64,000 bases of DNA from Lingula anatina (lineage: Eukaryota > Animalia > Brachiopoda): the NCBI GenBank assembly GCA_051362555.1, contig CM120648.1, forward strand, positions 13,450,587 to 13,514,586, in the 5' to 3' direction. Below, in pieces: positions 1 to 12,799 of this stretch; the stretch's first letter is position 1, and every line of letters begins with the position of its first letter. The notes under the pieces were generated by a model, which was not told the origin of the DNA, did not search any database, and saw only the letters and a list, made by a program, of their open reading frames with translations. The position numbers and the translations under genes are program-made.

Positions 1-13
1 TGCTAGTTTTCAG

Positions 14-187
14 TAAAGAAATATGAGAAAAAAATTATGGATAACACAGACTTTATGATATCAAAACTGTGGGAGCATTATACTAAGCAGGACTTGATTA
101 GGTGAGTCTTTAATACAAATAGCATGATTATCAAGGCTTATAAAGTAATGCTAACTTGTTTTCTCATTTAGTATTTTTTGTGACTGA
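14..187 (+). CDS. Possible last two coding exons (14-101, 172-187) of an upstream gene: ...KKYEKKIMDNTDFMISKLWEHYTKQDLISIFCD*
   Basis: Acceptor tttcag at 8-13, donor AG|gtgagt at 101/102, 70-nt intron with gctaac branch point and ttctcatttag acceptor, in-frame TGA at 185-187, AATAAA at ~247. Product not recognised. Confidence 0.35.
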
Positions 188-268
188 AAATCTAATGTAC
201 TGCTATATCTTTCCGAGAAAAACTGAGCTGCAAGACTGGTTTGTCAAATAAAGTGCAATAGTACACAC

Positions 269-766
269 CATATCACTCCCATTCTGAAAGGATAAAACTG
301 GCTGCTTGTATTTGTATTATTTTTAAGGCGATACATACACAAGGACCATTATATTTATCTGATCCTATCTGTTTTAACTGACCATGGCGGTCCACACATT
401 TTAATACTGAGAATGACCTTATTTTAGAACAGTCTATTTTAGAGAAGGGGTGCCTCAAAAGTTATGGAGATCGGGCTTTTACAATCAATGCCTCCAAATT
501 ATGGAACGCCTTACCAAATTTTATTAGAAAAGCAGACGACTTTGACAGTTTTAAATCCCTTCTTAAAACTCACATTTTTAAATCCGTCTATATCTCTTAG
601 GTATATATATATAATGTTTTTAGTAGTGTTAATTTTAAATGGCTTCCAATTGTTTCAGATTTAAATATTGTAGTGATTTTTTAATGATTTTAGTTATATT
701 ATTGTAAGGCGCCTTGAGGTAGCACGTAAGGCACCATATAAGAATATTATTATTATTATTATTATT
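269..766 (+). mobile_element. 3' end of an L2/CR1-group LINE (5'-truncated, decayed)
   Basis: Translates to HITPILK..WL, IFKAIH.QGP.YLSD and KSYGDRAFTINASKLWNALPNFIRKADDFDSFKSLLKTHIF, the typical L2-group ORF2 C-terminus. It has an L2-like tail tgtaaggcgccttgag...aggcaccatata followed by (ATT)n. Confidence 0.85.
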
Positions 767-899
767 GACAGATATCTTTTACATGTCTATTTTATTTTAC
801 AAGTTTTTTTATTTAGAATCCTGGTTGTGAAGAACTAGAAATTTCTTCCACTTGTATGAGTACCAATTTCTACTGTATATATTAAGTATTCAAGTAATC

Positions 900-2700
900 T
901 GTTCTGTTATCGACTTCAAGTACCTGAGAGGGCACGACGGGCCTTACAGGGCGCTGTTTTAAATTGGAGGTAGAGCATACTCAAGCAATAAATAGCCGTA
1001 AAACACAAACTCACGTTGAACATCAAAACTTTATTAGAAAACCTATATCAAAGTTAACACTGACTGTAATTTAGAGTATAGTAACTGACAGTGCTTTACT
1101 TATTTGTCGATTATATCAGATATTAACGGCAACTGCACGTGAGGGAGAAGACGAGGTTTTCACAGTGGTACATGTACCTGGTAGTTTTCTTGATATCCGT
1201 AGTTAGTAGTGCCGATTATTTACGACCATAAAGTTCTACCAGTCCTTTCTTATGGGTAATTTATGAAAAATTGCATATCATGCCGTAAATAAATAACTGT
1301 GTGCATTCTCCTTCCACATACGAAAGCGACGGCAATCAGAGCTCCCGCCATCTTGGATAAAATTAGTTATGTTGTATATAAAAAAAACGATGTGCGGAAA
1401 CAAATACTACACACCAGTCAGCATAAAAACAACCCAAGCAATAAATGATTCAGAAAACAAGTACCATTTATCCAAAAAATATCCATTTCATGAGATAAAT
1501 AACCTTAATTCAATTTATTTACATCTGAATGAGTTCGTAGTTTAGCAGTCACCGCTACTGCGCATGCGCAGATGGTCTTTTTCGCGTAATTTTAGCGTTG
1601 ATTGTTTTTAATGTAATTTAACCATTTTGTGTTTTGAAAAAAATTTTATTTCATTTTTTGGTACCTGAATATATGCTGTAAACATCTTGTATAGCCATCT
1701 TACATAACTACGTCGGCCATACGAGTTATTTGTCAGTGAATATGGGGTTACCTGAACATTTTATATAGAAAAGCATATGGGAGAAAAATTTCAGGCTTAA
1801 ATATAAAACACTCTAAAAAATTAATTATTTTAAATATGCAACTTCTCGGGCTCAATTTATTAGTTTTTAGCATAGTTCTTCACAGTAAATTAAAAGAAAA
1901 CAAAATCTGGGAGGGTCACGTTCCAATGCCCCTATGTTATTTTTCTGATTCTTACAGAGACTGGTACTAATTAAATGTTCCATTGAAACAGCAGTGCTGA
2001 GATCCAGCAAAAGTTAATCAAAAAGAAAAATATATGTATAACAATAAAAAAAGAAAGAATATAAAATTGTCTTTTATGTAACAATTATATTCTCAATTAA
2101 TGTCAAAACGAAAAATCTAATGATATAAAAACTTTGACGCAGGTAAGACTGCGGCGCGCTTCACATGACCGGATGTAGCAGTTATGTATGCACTGCGGAC
2201 CTTCCTTGACCTACATACATTGTTCATCGTAGCAGCGGGAACACATTACGCGTTATGAAATAACGTTATTCCAAGGACAGGATATATATATATACGAGTT
2301 TCCGTATGAAGCAATAGGACATAATACGATTCCTGCATACTTTTTGTGCGTGCAAAGACATTGATGACAGAAATGTGAGTACTTTGTTGGAATGATCTGG
2401 TACCGGAAGTCAGGAGTGATGAAAGCGAGAGTTGGGCGGGGTTGTGAAGAAAAAGAACGAGGGAGAGAGAAGAAGAAGAAGAAGAAGGAGCTGCAGAGAC
2501 AAGAGCTAGATGATAGACCAAGGGATCCAGTGTCACTTGTACGGTTTATTCTGCTTGAACCATCCGTCCTGACCGATTGTACACGTAGCAGACACGTGTA
2601 TGAATAATGAACCGTTCCGTGAATGATCCGTTGTTATTCACCTGTGCATTGACGTGGCTTGTTCGTTTCCCACCTCATTATATATTTACTATAGTGGGGA
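900..2700. promoter_or_regulatory. CpG-rich promoter-like island
   Basis: CpG visibly more frequent than in the following 28 kb. YY1-type CCGCCATCTTGG at ~1345, NRF1-type TGCGCATGCGCA at 1559-1570, ETS-type CCGGATGT at ~2169 and CCGGAAGT at 2403-2410. Some of these motifs may lie in TE remnants. Confidence 0.5.
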
Positions 2701-2989
2701 TATTTCTAGCTAAAATTCATCTGTTAATACAGAATTTTTAATTGATAATTTTGATACAGAATCAGCGTCAAATTACAGTTCAATGCTTGGATGAACCTAC
2801 CATGGATGGGCCGTTGTTATTTAGCTGTTGGCCTTCTACATGTATAATTGTATTGGTTTTACTTGGCTAGTGTGTTGATATGGCCACCTGAGAGAAATCG
2901 CAGTAGAGGTGAACAACTATAAGATATGAATATTTCTAAAGACTATGCTTGAATATGCACTATGTTCTCAGCAGTGTATGTTTATTTAA

Positions 2990-3326
2990 AGGGATAATAC
3001 CTCTTCGTATGAAATCTGTATTTCACAATAAAAACATTGTGAATGGCTCATAAAAATATAATATATTCTGTTTTCCCACAAAAACAGCTGTTATAGCTAT
3101 TATTCTGATATCTGAGCTTGTCTTTAGACCACGTGACCTCCATTGATGGCTATACTCTGTTAAAATCTCTTAAGAGATTTTAACAAAAAAACAAACTTTT
3201 TAGAAAAAAAACAGGGACTAACCTTGAATGTAAAAATGGATTCATTAACCATTGGTAAGTATGGGAAAATTGTTGTTTACTCCAGGAAAATTCATTTTTT
3301 GGCCGAAACAAAGAGTTATTATCACT
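2990..3326. mobile_element. Kolobok-type MITE, copy 1
   Basis: TTAA target duplication on both sides and TIR AGGGATAAT(A)ACTCTTCGT / (ac)AAAGAGTTATTATCACT. Nearly identical to 24212-24548. Confidence 0.85.
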
Positions 3327-3550
3327 TTAAGTAATAGAGATGGACCATATACACCAGAAGTCTCTCAGATTTGCCTGTGCTTCATGTGCAAGAGCAGAAC
3401 GGATGGTTCACGCTCTGAACAATTCATGCCACAATGGTGATCCTAGTGTTAAAAGTGATATAATATACAATTGGTTTCCTGGAAACATCTGCACGGTAAA
3501 ACATTAAAAGGACTAGCAGAGTCAAGTAGCAAATAAGGTATCTGTGACCC

Positions 3551-3730
3551 CATTCCCATAGATTTTAGATCGATCTATTCCTGTGGGGAGTCTCACTAGA
3601 TTACTGTCAGCTTAGCCGGCTTAAGCGTCTATCCTGCTTAAAACATTAACTATGTTGCACGCTAGGCTGACTGCAATTTAGAGTGAACCCCGAAGGAGTT
3701 AGGTCGATCTGAATCTCTGGGAATGCACCC
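3551..3730. mobile_element. Fold-back PIF/Harbinger-like MITE
   Basis: ~65-bp imperfect inverted repeats cattcccatagattttagatcgatct...gtcagcttagc / gctaggctgac...ggtcgatctgaatctctgggaatgcaccc. Confidence 0.7.
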
Positions 3731-4640
3731 TATTTTGTCCTTGGCTTACTATAAATGTTATTTGTGGGGATTATTTGCACTGTTCACCTTAGCACGAAAA
3801 TTTATGCATTAGCACTCCTATTGACGATTCTGATATGTACTGGCTGTGCAATACATATGGCTGTGCAGTACATATCAGATTCATCAGTAGGAGTGCTAAT
3901 GCATAAATTTTTGTGCTATGTTCACCTCACCTATCTTGTGCATTTATCTCTGTCTATTAGTCATAGCCTTCCAACTGGAGTGTAGTAATGGCTTTGCATG
4001 TGAGGAATTCATAAGTATGTAGCCAAGTAAAACAACACATTACTATGTACCATTCTTTGCATTTAATATAGAGTTCTGCCTCATTTTGAGGCATGCCAGA
4101 TCACTAACATTCACAATTACAACAAATGTCTCTCAAAATTTAGTTTACAGCGCCAATCTAAAATGAATAGAATGCAAAGTATGTTTGTTTTTCATTCATC
4201 GATTACGCAACATTCATCCCAAATGAACCTATATAGCTTTCTGCACATGTAGTTTGGTGACCTTAGACATCTGTAGGTGTACATTCAGACAGTTGTGACC
4301 AGTTTTGAGGTGCAGTTTTGCGCAGTACATATTTTCAATAACTATCACTGCATTTATTCAATGAAACTGATATCATTGGTTATTCAGTCTGTTTTTTTTC
4401 ATCAAGTCATGGCAAAATATCAGATGCATGTTAGTAATTCCTTGAAAGTACTAATAACTGTGAATACAAGGAAGCTGCCAAGTTTGACTTTGTCCTGGAT
4501 CACAGCCAGTTTAGACACAATATATTTACTTGTACTAGTAACACACTAGTTGTGATATTTGCTGCCTTTAAAGCAGTTATTTTCCAAAAATTTTGTTTAA
4601 AGAAATAACTTTCTAAATTTGCTGGGTGGTCCACAGACTG

Positions 4641-4797
4641 TAAGAGATTATTAATAAAAAACAAACTTTTTAGAAAAAAAAGGGACTGACTTTGAATGTA
4701 GGAATTGATTCATTAACCATTGGTAAGTATGGGAAAATTGTTGTTTACTCCAAGAAAATTCATTTTTTGGCCAAAATGAACAGTTATTATCCCTTAA
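4641..4797. mobile_element. Kolobok-type MITE, partial copy 3 (right half)
   Basis: Matches the right half of 2990-3326 and ends in gttattatccct followed by taaa. Confidence 0.75.
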
Positions 4798-5800
4798 ATC
4801 AGCAGTGGTCAAGCTCACACATATGGTCCGTTATATATAGTGCAGGCCTTGCGTCTCTGTAGTGGCCTGCTTGATGTGGTCAGTTTGGGATGATATGTAT
4901 TTGACCCAAGCAGTGGTCATTACCCACCGTCACCCATCACCATGCCAAAAACACCTTGCAGGTAAAACACAAAATACACCCTTAGTTTTGTTTTAGAAGT
5001 CATGTAACATCAGATTATCGTCTTCTACCCTTCCCCTGTAAGATCAACGAACCAGATATCGTATTTTGTTTTTCCTTAAAATTCTAAATATTTTTTTCAA
5101 TTTTCCCATGTTACTCCTCATAAAATGTACTTCAACAAGGAAACATAGGCAAATTTAACTTTGATCAGTCTGAGATTGTGACAGTTTTAGCAGTCACAAT
5201 TGTGTCCAGTAGCCTCCAAAAAACATTTTAAACTAGTCTCAGTTCCTTCACCCAGACGAGTCATGATTGCCTGAAGAGCTTGAGGACAGGCAAGGTTATG
5301 TGAGAATACAATAAATAGAAATAAATCGCATGTAAATTTGTGGAAATAAAATATTTAGTTCGGACCAGCACAGAATTAGGAGGACCTGCAGATTTCTTGT
5401 AAATGTACCATGAAAATCTGACTCCCCTAAAAGGTGACTTTCCAGTAATATTTTCATCATTTCATATTATGCATACTGCAAAATAAAAGTCATATACTCA
5501 AATCAAATAAGTTTTATGAAGTTTTGTGGGGGGGGGGAGTCAAATTTTCATGGGAGAGTCAAATTTTCATGGGAGTCGGATTATCATGTTACACAGTTCC
5601 TCTAGACCTTCAGTACCTCAAAGTTTTCTCCTTGTCTGGTCACCAGAAGTCTGATGACTGCAATATTAGGTTGGCATTTGGCAGTGAAAATTGCAGTACA
5701 CCGCAGTTTTAATATGTTGCTGGCTCCTGTCAAAGTTCTATCTTTTTAATAAAATAATTGGTGTCACTTCATTAATATAATCTTTTGTCTCTTTTTCCAG

Positions 5801-5980
5801 CTCCAGTCTCCATACAGCATGGTGTCTTCTAGGTGAACAGACTTTACCCGACTGAACAAGGGGAGCATGTATTTTTAATATGAATGAGACAGGAAATAGC
5901 AGCTGCAGGAATATCCCTTCATCTTACACAGTTGTGGAAGCCAGCAAGTTTCAGGATGAATGGGTTGTGAAGATAATCAG
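5801..5980 (+). ncRNA. Putative non-coding exon
   Basis: Strong acceptor tcttttgtctctttttccag and donor CAG|gtaact. Stop codons occur in all three frames. Confidence 0.5.
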
Positions 5981-7174
5981 GTAACTGGACATCTTGCTGG
6001 TAGTACACAAAATCAGCTCTTAGCTTTGAGTTACAGGTAACAGTGGGCTGATTGGTTTTCTCTCTTTCCTCTGTGGAGACACAATACCAATTTTCACAAT
6101 TTTTGGATTTGTCTTATTTTAATGTAACTTGAAAAGCATTGGTTTTTATAATAATCCACACTTTTTTTATTAAAAAAAACTTCATATCATAATGAGCATT
6201 GTAGCTTTATAGTCATTTTTGCCATTTTTTATTCACATCTTTCATTTGTTAACAGTGCATTTATTTAATTTAAACCATTAATCTTATATGCACAAAACAT
6301 GTACAATATGAATACTTCTATTAAAATATTGTCCATGTGCATTTTACTCTTCATATATAATGGCTGGAGGACATGTTCCTTTGTTGGCTGAAGTACTGGA
6401 TAATTATATTACTTATAAACTTCTGAGCATCAGTGGGCAAGTGGTTGAATGTCTTGTTTAATGAATGATTATTTTTCTAGTTCCACATACACAGTTTGAC
6501 AGTTTGTGTACATTGCCTTGGTAGTGGCCTGCTTGATGTGGTCAGTTTGGGATGAAATGGAGCAGTGGTCACTAGTTCCCTCGGATGACCGGTTGCCATG
6601 GCAGTAAATGGACTACTTATAGGTATTACACAAAAAATGGTTGATATTGTTTTACTAGTCATGTGACAATAGATTATTTGTTATCTTATCTGTAGAGAAT
6701 GAAACCGATTATCATATTTTTTGTTTTCTTTACATAGAGTAATTTGTCATGATAAGAATTTTTATTAGTAATTTCCTTAGTGACTTCTCTCAAATTGCTC
6801 CTCAGAAAATGTCTTCCAATTAATCACAGCCAATTGATATACTTATCCCAGATTTTTACAGTGTGCAAATTTCACAAAAATTTCAACAGATTTGGCAGAG
6901 TTCTGTTTATATAATTGTGTTCAATCTGAGTTTGTGCTGGTCTCTGCAGTCACTATTGTGCCCAGTAGCTTTCAAAAGGCAAAGGTCATTTTTAACTTAT
7001 CACAGGTCAATCACCACAACACTGATGTTTACCATATAAGATGGGCACTTGGCAGTTTACCATAGTTTTAATATTTTCCCAACTGGCTCTGGTGGACTGT
7101 CAGGTTTTTGTCTTTTCTTTTTATGAAAATATTTGCGTTCCTTCACATAAACATTGTCATTTCTCATTTTACAG

Positions 7175-7343
7175 CCCCAGCATGCATACAACATGGTGTT
7201 TTTGCCTTGTTGAACATGCGTGGAATGTATTTTATATGAAGTAGACAGGAAATGGCAGTTGCAAGAAAAGCTCTTCATCTCACCCAGATATGCAACACAG
7301 CAAGTTTCAGGATGAATGATTTGTGAAGAGCCATAGTAAACAG
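7175..7343 (+). ncRNA. Putative non-coding exon, paralog of 5801-5980
   Basis: Acceptor ttctcattttacag and donor CAG|gtaact. Both splice sites are retained in the two copies despite internal indels. Confidence 0.45.
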
Positions 7344-7742
7344 GTAACTGGACTTGTTGCAGGTAGCTCACAAAATGAACCTCTGGTTTATGTTTAGAAG
7401 TAAGAATGGGTTATTGGTTTTCTGTCTTTCCTCTGTAGAGAAACAAATATCAATAGTCAGGTGAATCATTAATAAAATAAATGATTCACTGCTTTAATTG
7501 TAATGTGAATTTAAGTTTTATAGTCATTAAGTACTTAAGTATTTGGTCCACACCCCTCATTTGTTAATAATTCATTTGAACCAATTCATCTGTACGAACA
7601 AAACATATAAAATGAATACTTGTAATATATATTTAATATATTTACCTATATTGTTCATGTGTAAGTAACTTCTTATACGTAGTGGCTAAAGGAACTCCAT
7701 GTTTTATTATTTGGGTAAACAGGAATGTTAACAGATCTGTAA

Positions 7743-7927
7743 AGGCGCATTCAGAACAGCGGACTAAAAGATCCGCGGATCAAATATGGACGACCCACTA
7801 GAATGCCTGTTGCGTAACACCCGCAGGGAATCTATTCTGTGTCCAATCGGGAATTAAGCGGCAAGCTTTTTAGTGGGCCGCCATATTTGATCCTAGGATC
7901 TGTTAGTCCTATGTTCTGAATGCGCTC
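7743..7927. mobile_element. PIF/Harbinger-like MITE
   Basis: TAA on both flanks and ~57-bp TIR ggcgcattcagaaca...atccgcggatcaaatatgg..cccacta / tagtggg..ccatatttgatcctaggat...tgttctgaatgcgctc. Confidence 0.8.
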
Positions 7928-8123
7928 TAACACTAACACTTAACATACCTGGAATTCTGACCTCACCCTGCGTACCGTAGCCTATGAACAGGGATTACCA
8001 TAGTGATCTTCAACTGTTGCTTACATGTTCAATTTATTTATGCTTTTTCCAAATAAAAAAAAAAAAACGCAATCACATGTAAATTGATATTGCAATATGA
8101 GCAGTATCAAGATATATCAAGTA

Positions 8124-8195
8124 CTCTGAAGTATCGAATAAAAGTACTGGATGGAATAAAAGTACTGGGCGGAAAAAACCTTTACACCACTCCCC

Positions 8196-8226
<31 letters not shown>

Positions 8227-9070
8227 AAAAAATGAAATAAATAAATAGTAAAGTAAAGTAAAGAAAAAGAAGAGAAAGAAAAAAGCTAGCTATTGATCAT
8301 TGTAAAAAAAAATTCACCAGGTAAAATTCACTCAGTATTATAATTTATCTTAAAAACGGGATATCTAATTTATTTTCAAAAAAAAAATATTTGCCATGAG
8401 TTAAATTTCATAATAGTCAGGGGCCGAAGACCCAGATATATCGCACCTAAGCCGCCTCCGAGAGCCATACGGAGACGTTATTCATACAAAATTTATTCTC
8501 AGATATAAGGTTCGTTTTGCATACCTGTAAACTCCTAAGGGTTTATCTTACATAGAAATGTGATTTAACATCGTTTAAATCATAAATCGGCATGAAATAA
8601 TTGACGTTTGAAAACAGACACAACTTCTTTGCTGCACTTGAAATGACCTCCTTAGCTATAAATATGATCCTATCACCTTGCGACATTGCATCATTCGATC
8701 GATATAGATGAGTAGTTGTCACTGCTGAAGGGAAAGCACGTCTATTTATAGGAACTGAAATCAGGTGACGCATGTACTGTTGTGTTCAGAGAGCGACTTC
8801 CGCTTGACCTACTTTCCAGTGCTGTTTGTAGAACAGTCGGTAATGAGTTGAGATCTCGATTTTCTTCTCATTATACTTCAATTTAAGAAAATAAAAAGCG
8901 TGACTTGTACTTGTGTAATTTCCCACCGGTACAATAGGTATTTAATAAACATACCGGGTGGAAGATTTTTGAAAAATTAATAAGCGTACTGGGTGAAAAT
9001 GGAGCGTACCGGCGGGAAGAAATTTGGGAAATTAATTAACGTACCGGTACGTTTATTTGATACTTCAGAG
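8124..9070. mobile_element. Non-autonomous DNA transposon with TA target site (Tc1/mariner-pogo-like)
   Basis: TA|CTCTGAAGTATCGAATAAAAGTACTGG ... CCGGTACGTTTATTTGATACTTCAGAG|TA with subterminal repeats. CpG-rich relative to its flanks, consistent with a younger insertion. Confidence 0.8.
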
Positions 9071-9232
9071 TATGGTGAAATAAAATAAAAAGCCTCCTAT
9101 ATTTGAATAAGGTATCATTAAAGGGTTCCTAGTAATAATTTGCACTATGATGTACGGAGGATACTAAAGGAAATTACAGATATTATCCAGTTACATTACA
9201 AACAGTAACACTCATTTCATTTATATTTTTAG

Positions 9233-9401
9233 CAAATACACTTCAGGAATTGTGTTAAGAGCTGCAGGCAGACCAAGAGGTCTGTTTTACACTGAGTGAG
9301 AGTGCTACCAGAACCACCCAGAACAAGACTTCCAAACACAATAGTTCCTGCGGAGCCAGTTATATGGAACAGTACAGTTACACAACAAATGTGGGTTCCA
9401 G
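9233..9401 (+). ncRNA. Putative non-coding exon
   Basis: Acceptor ttatatttttag and donor CAG|gtaaca. All three frames contain stops. Confidence 0.4.
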
Positions 9402-11571
9402 GTAACACAAAGAATCAATTTCCCCCGTATGCATGGAAACTGTTCGAGTAGAGGCAGCATATACAGCTAGGAGATTGTGTTGGACAATACTCCATCACTG
9501 AATAGACACAATGAACGTGTTTAAATGTGAATTGATATTTAAGTTCAGTTATAATTTGTTATAATAACTTTTCCCGCATTCGTGGAAACTGTTATAGTAC
9601 AAGTAGAGGCAGCATGTACAGCAAGATTGTGGTAGACTATAAGCCATCTCTGAAGGGAAAAAGGCTTCATTTAGATGTGAATATATATTTCAGCTCAAAT
9701 ATTATATGTTATAGATGATCTCTGATAGTGTGTGGTCATGATTTGCAATTGCAAATTTAATCGCATTTATTATATACAGACACTTGTGGTCTGTCTATAT
9801 TTTGATCATGGTATCTGTCCAGTGTCATCACCATATAGCACTTTGTGACTCATCTGTTGTTTACCCTATAACTGATAAACTGTATTTTTGTTGGAATTTT
9901 AATTTCTCTAGAAAATCAACATCATTATTTTATGATATTGTTTTGGTATCTTTAGCAGTTTGGACATGCTGCTACAGTATGTCCAGAGCATAACAAATTG
10001 AAGTAGCAATGTGGATATGTTTGTATTTTCGTCTGACTTTTTGTTTATGATTCTGATATTTTATCCAGTTACTAAATATCACCATTTTGTGAATTAATGA
10101 AATTATCGAAAGTTCATTGTCAAGTGATTTGTCTGGTGCATGGAAGGTTCCTTCATCTGATAGTCTAATGATGCCAGGGTCCAGTGGTTCAAAATGTTGT
10201 ATAGTCTGAGGCTCAGTGCTTGTAAAATCTGAAAGTACAATAGTGTATGGTGTAATATAGCGATTATAGGATCTGTGGAGGGCATTAATGTTTTTAATGA
10301 CTGACCATTACTCCATTATGCCCCAGCATGGGGCAGGTGTTATTTAATGGCTCTAATTTCATTGTTTCTTGAGCTCAAACATTAGGTTTTATGGTCTCGT
10401 GGCCTGCTGCTGTAAACATAAATAGTTATGTCATCACACACAAGCTATATTTAAAAAGATTTAAAAAAAAAACAGTAATTCCTTTCAATGAAGAATTTTA
10501 TTTGTCTGAATTATATGACATACATATTTGCATTCCCCAATAATGTAGGAGCATCTGTAATTTCTGAGACTGTATGAATGTCTTTAACAGAAAAAAAATC
10601 TGTTTGCAATATTTGCTATGATGCTTACAGCTTTCATGATAGATTTGTGCACATCTGATAGTTTTGTCTCATATCCTCTGGTCCTTTTTCATTTTTGACC
10701 AAATTTACTTATTTACAATTGGTACTGACAATGATCGCAATTCCTTGGGCCTTCAGTAAGAATGTTCTTCTTCTTTAAAACACTGTATGGTAAAGGTTTA
10801 GTAAACCGCTTGTTGATAATCTTTGCCAGTTTGTCTTTTATCTCTGGCCAACAAGATTCCTCTTCATCCTATTCAAAAGGCAAGGGATATAAAAATATTT
10901 TCCATGCCTAATTATTTTTTCAATTAACTTAGAAATCAAGGCAAACACTTTCTCGTCCCTTGCTATTTCTTGTTCAAGGCACTGAGCCTCTTGTCTCAGG
11001 CATAGATTCTCTTGCTGGACCCACTGATCCTCCTGCTGGAGGCGCTGGGCATCCAGCTCCTGCTGCTTCTTGCCAATGTTGTAATATTCGTCAAAATTTG
11101 GCCCTGGAAGTCTTCTTGTCTTTGGGTGGCTGACCACTTGTGGAGGGCTGACTCTCCTCCACATCTGCTGGCTTTGCTGAGGCCCTTCTCCTTTTCTGCC
11201 TCCTCTCTTTTTGTTTTGCTTCTGGCTGTCGTCTGCAGCCGCATTCTATTCAAGCACATCAGTGAGTTTTTGTAGCAAGTGGTCTCTTTCACTTACTTTT
11301 TCAGCTGTTCTTGATCTGTAAAAAACAAGGTGAAATGAATGTACTCCTAAACCCTCAGTCTATTCAACTGATGATGAATAAAGCATTTTACTGGCAAATG
11401 AAGTGTGTGTTTGTGTGTGTGTGTGTGTCCTGGTTAAGAACTTGGATTTCTGTTGTTCTGATGGTCTGAGGGTCAGTAACACCCTGGTCTCGATCTCCAG
11501 TAGCTATAGGGTCTTGGTTTGTTGGTTCTGTTGTTTTTGGCCTTGTACAACCGTTTTCCTTGCTCTGTAGG

Positions 11572-12558
11572 ACTGGAAGTCATCTTCCTGGCTGCCAATG
11601 TTGGATTGAATTCTAGCACTTGATGCCTAAAATGCCCAACTTCATTCAGATGAACATGTCCGCCTTCTGGAGTAATGGAGAATCTCCTCAGGAACGTATG
11701 TTTTAGCGCATCTGTCCATATCTCCTCAGTGCCTTGTGAGGCGGAGTGCCTGGTCTGGGGTGGTGCAAGTGATTCTGACATTCTTTTTTCTTGTTACATA
11801 CTGCTGTGTCTATTGTCTAATTAATAGAACCATCTTTCCCTCAATAATTGTTAAACTATAATCTAACTGAATAAAACCTACATATTCTAATGTGCCTAGG
11901 GTTTGTACAAATAAGGCAGCAAAGCTGTCAAATGTACACGGACAAAAAGAAAATAATGTCAACTCACTGGTTGTCTGTGTGTTAATTGATTTATTAAACA
12001 AATGTATTTCATGAAGATACATTTGATTATCATGTACATGTAATGACTGTGCCATCCTTCCATTACATACTGGAAGTCGTCTTCCTGGCTGCCAATGTTG
12101 GATCGAATTCTAGCACTTGATGCCAAAAAGGCCAACTTCCTTCAGATGAACATGTCCGCCTTCTGGAGTAATGGAGAATCTCCTTAGGAACGTATGTTTG
12201 AGTGCATCTGTCCTCACTGCCTTGTGAGGCAGAGTGCCTGGTCTGGGGTGGTGCAAGTGATTCTGACATTGTTTGTTCTTGTTACATACTGCTATATGTC
12301 TATTGTCAAATTAATAGAACCATCTTTCCCTCAATTATTGTTAAACTATAATCTAACTGAATAAAACCTACATATTCTAATGTGCCTAGGATTTGTACAA
12401 ATAAGGCAGCAAAGCTGTCAAATGTACACGGACAAAAAAAAAAATGTGAACTCACTGGTTGTCCGTGTATTAATTGATTTATAAAACAAATGTATTTCAT
12501 GAAGATACATTTGATTATCATGTACATGTAATGACTGTGCCATGTTTCCATTACATAC
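11572..12558 (-). repeat. Tandem duplication (~490 bp x2) carrying an unidentified minus-strand ORF start (MSESLAPPQTRHSASQG...) and a HINE 3' end
   Basis: 11572-12068 and 12069-12558 are highly similar. The segment aggcagcaaagctgtcaaatgtac is the reverse complement of the HINE 3' end at ~20320-20350. Confidence 0.9.
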
Positions 12559-12799
12559 ATTACCTTCTCACTAGAGCCTTGAGTAAACCGTATTCTGTAT
12601 ACTTAATCCTCAGGTAACCCACTTGCTGTGAGATTGGTCTCTTTCAGATCTGTTGCTATCAGCTCCTCTTTTGTCTTTAGATTTCTGTGATACACCATTT
12701 TAGCTGTAAATGTGAGCAGATGCATTGCTTATGTTGCTGAATTTGCATGGTTCTTAACATATGCCTTTCCATTCTAAAACATTCTAAAACCTGCTATTT

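Larger units (their letters stand above)
4850..7700 (+). repeat. Diverged tandem duplication (~4850-6420 and ~6510-7700), each copy carrying a paralogous exon
   Basis: Shared anchors tagtggcctgcttgatgtggtcagtttgggatga (4860, 6522), cagcaagtttcaggatgaatg (5942, 7298) and caggtaactggac (5978, 7341). Confidence 0.8.

Noticed and set aside
4850-9400. snoRNA host gene explanation for the non-coding exons
   Set aside because: I found no convincing paired C (RTGATGA) and D (CTGA) boxes with terminal stems conserved in both duplicated introns. H/ACA RNAs are not excluded without a covariance search.
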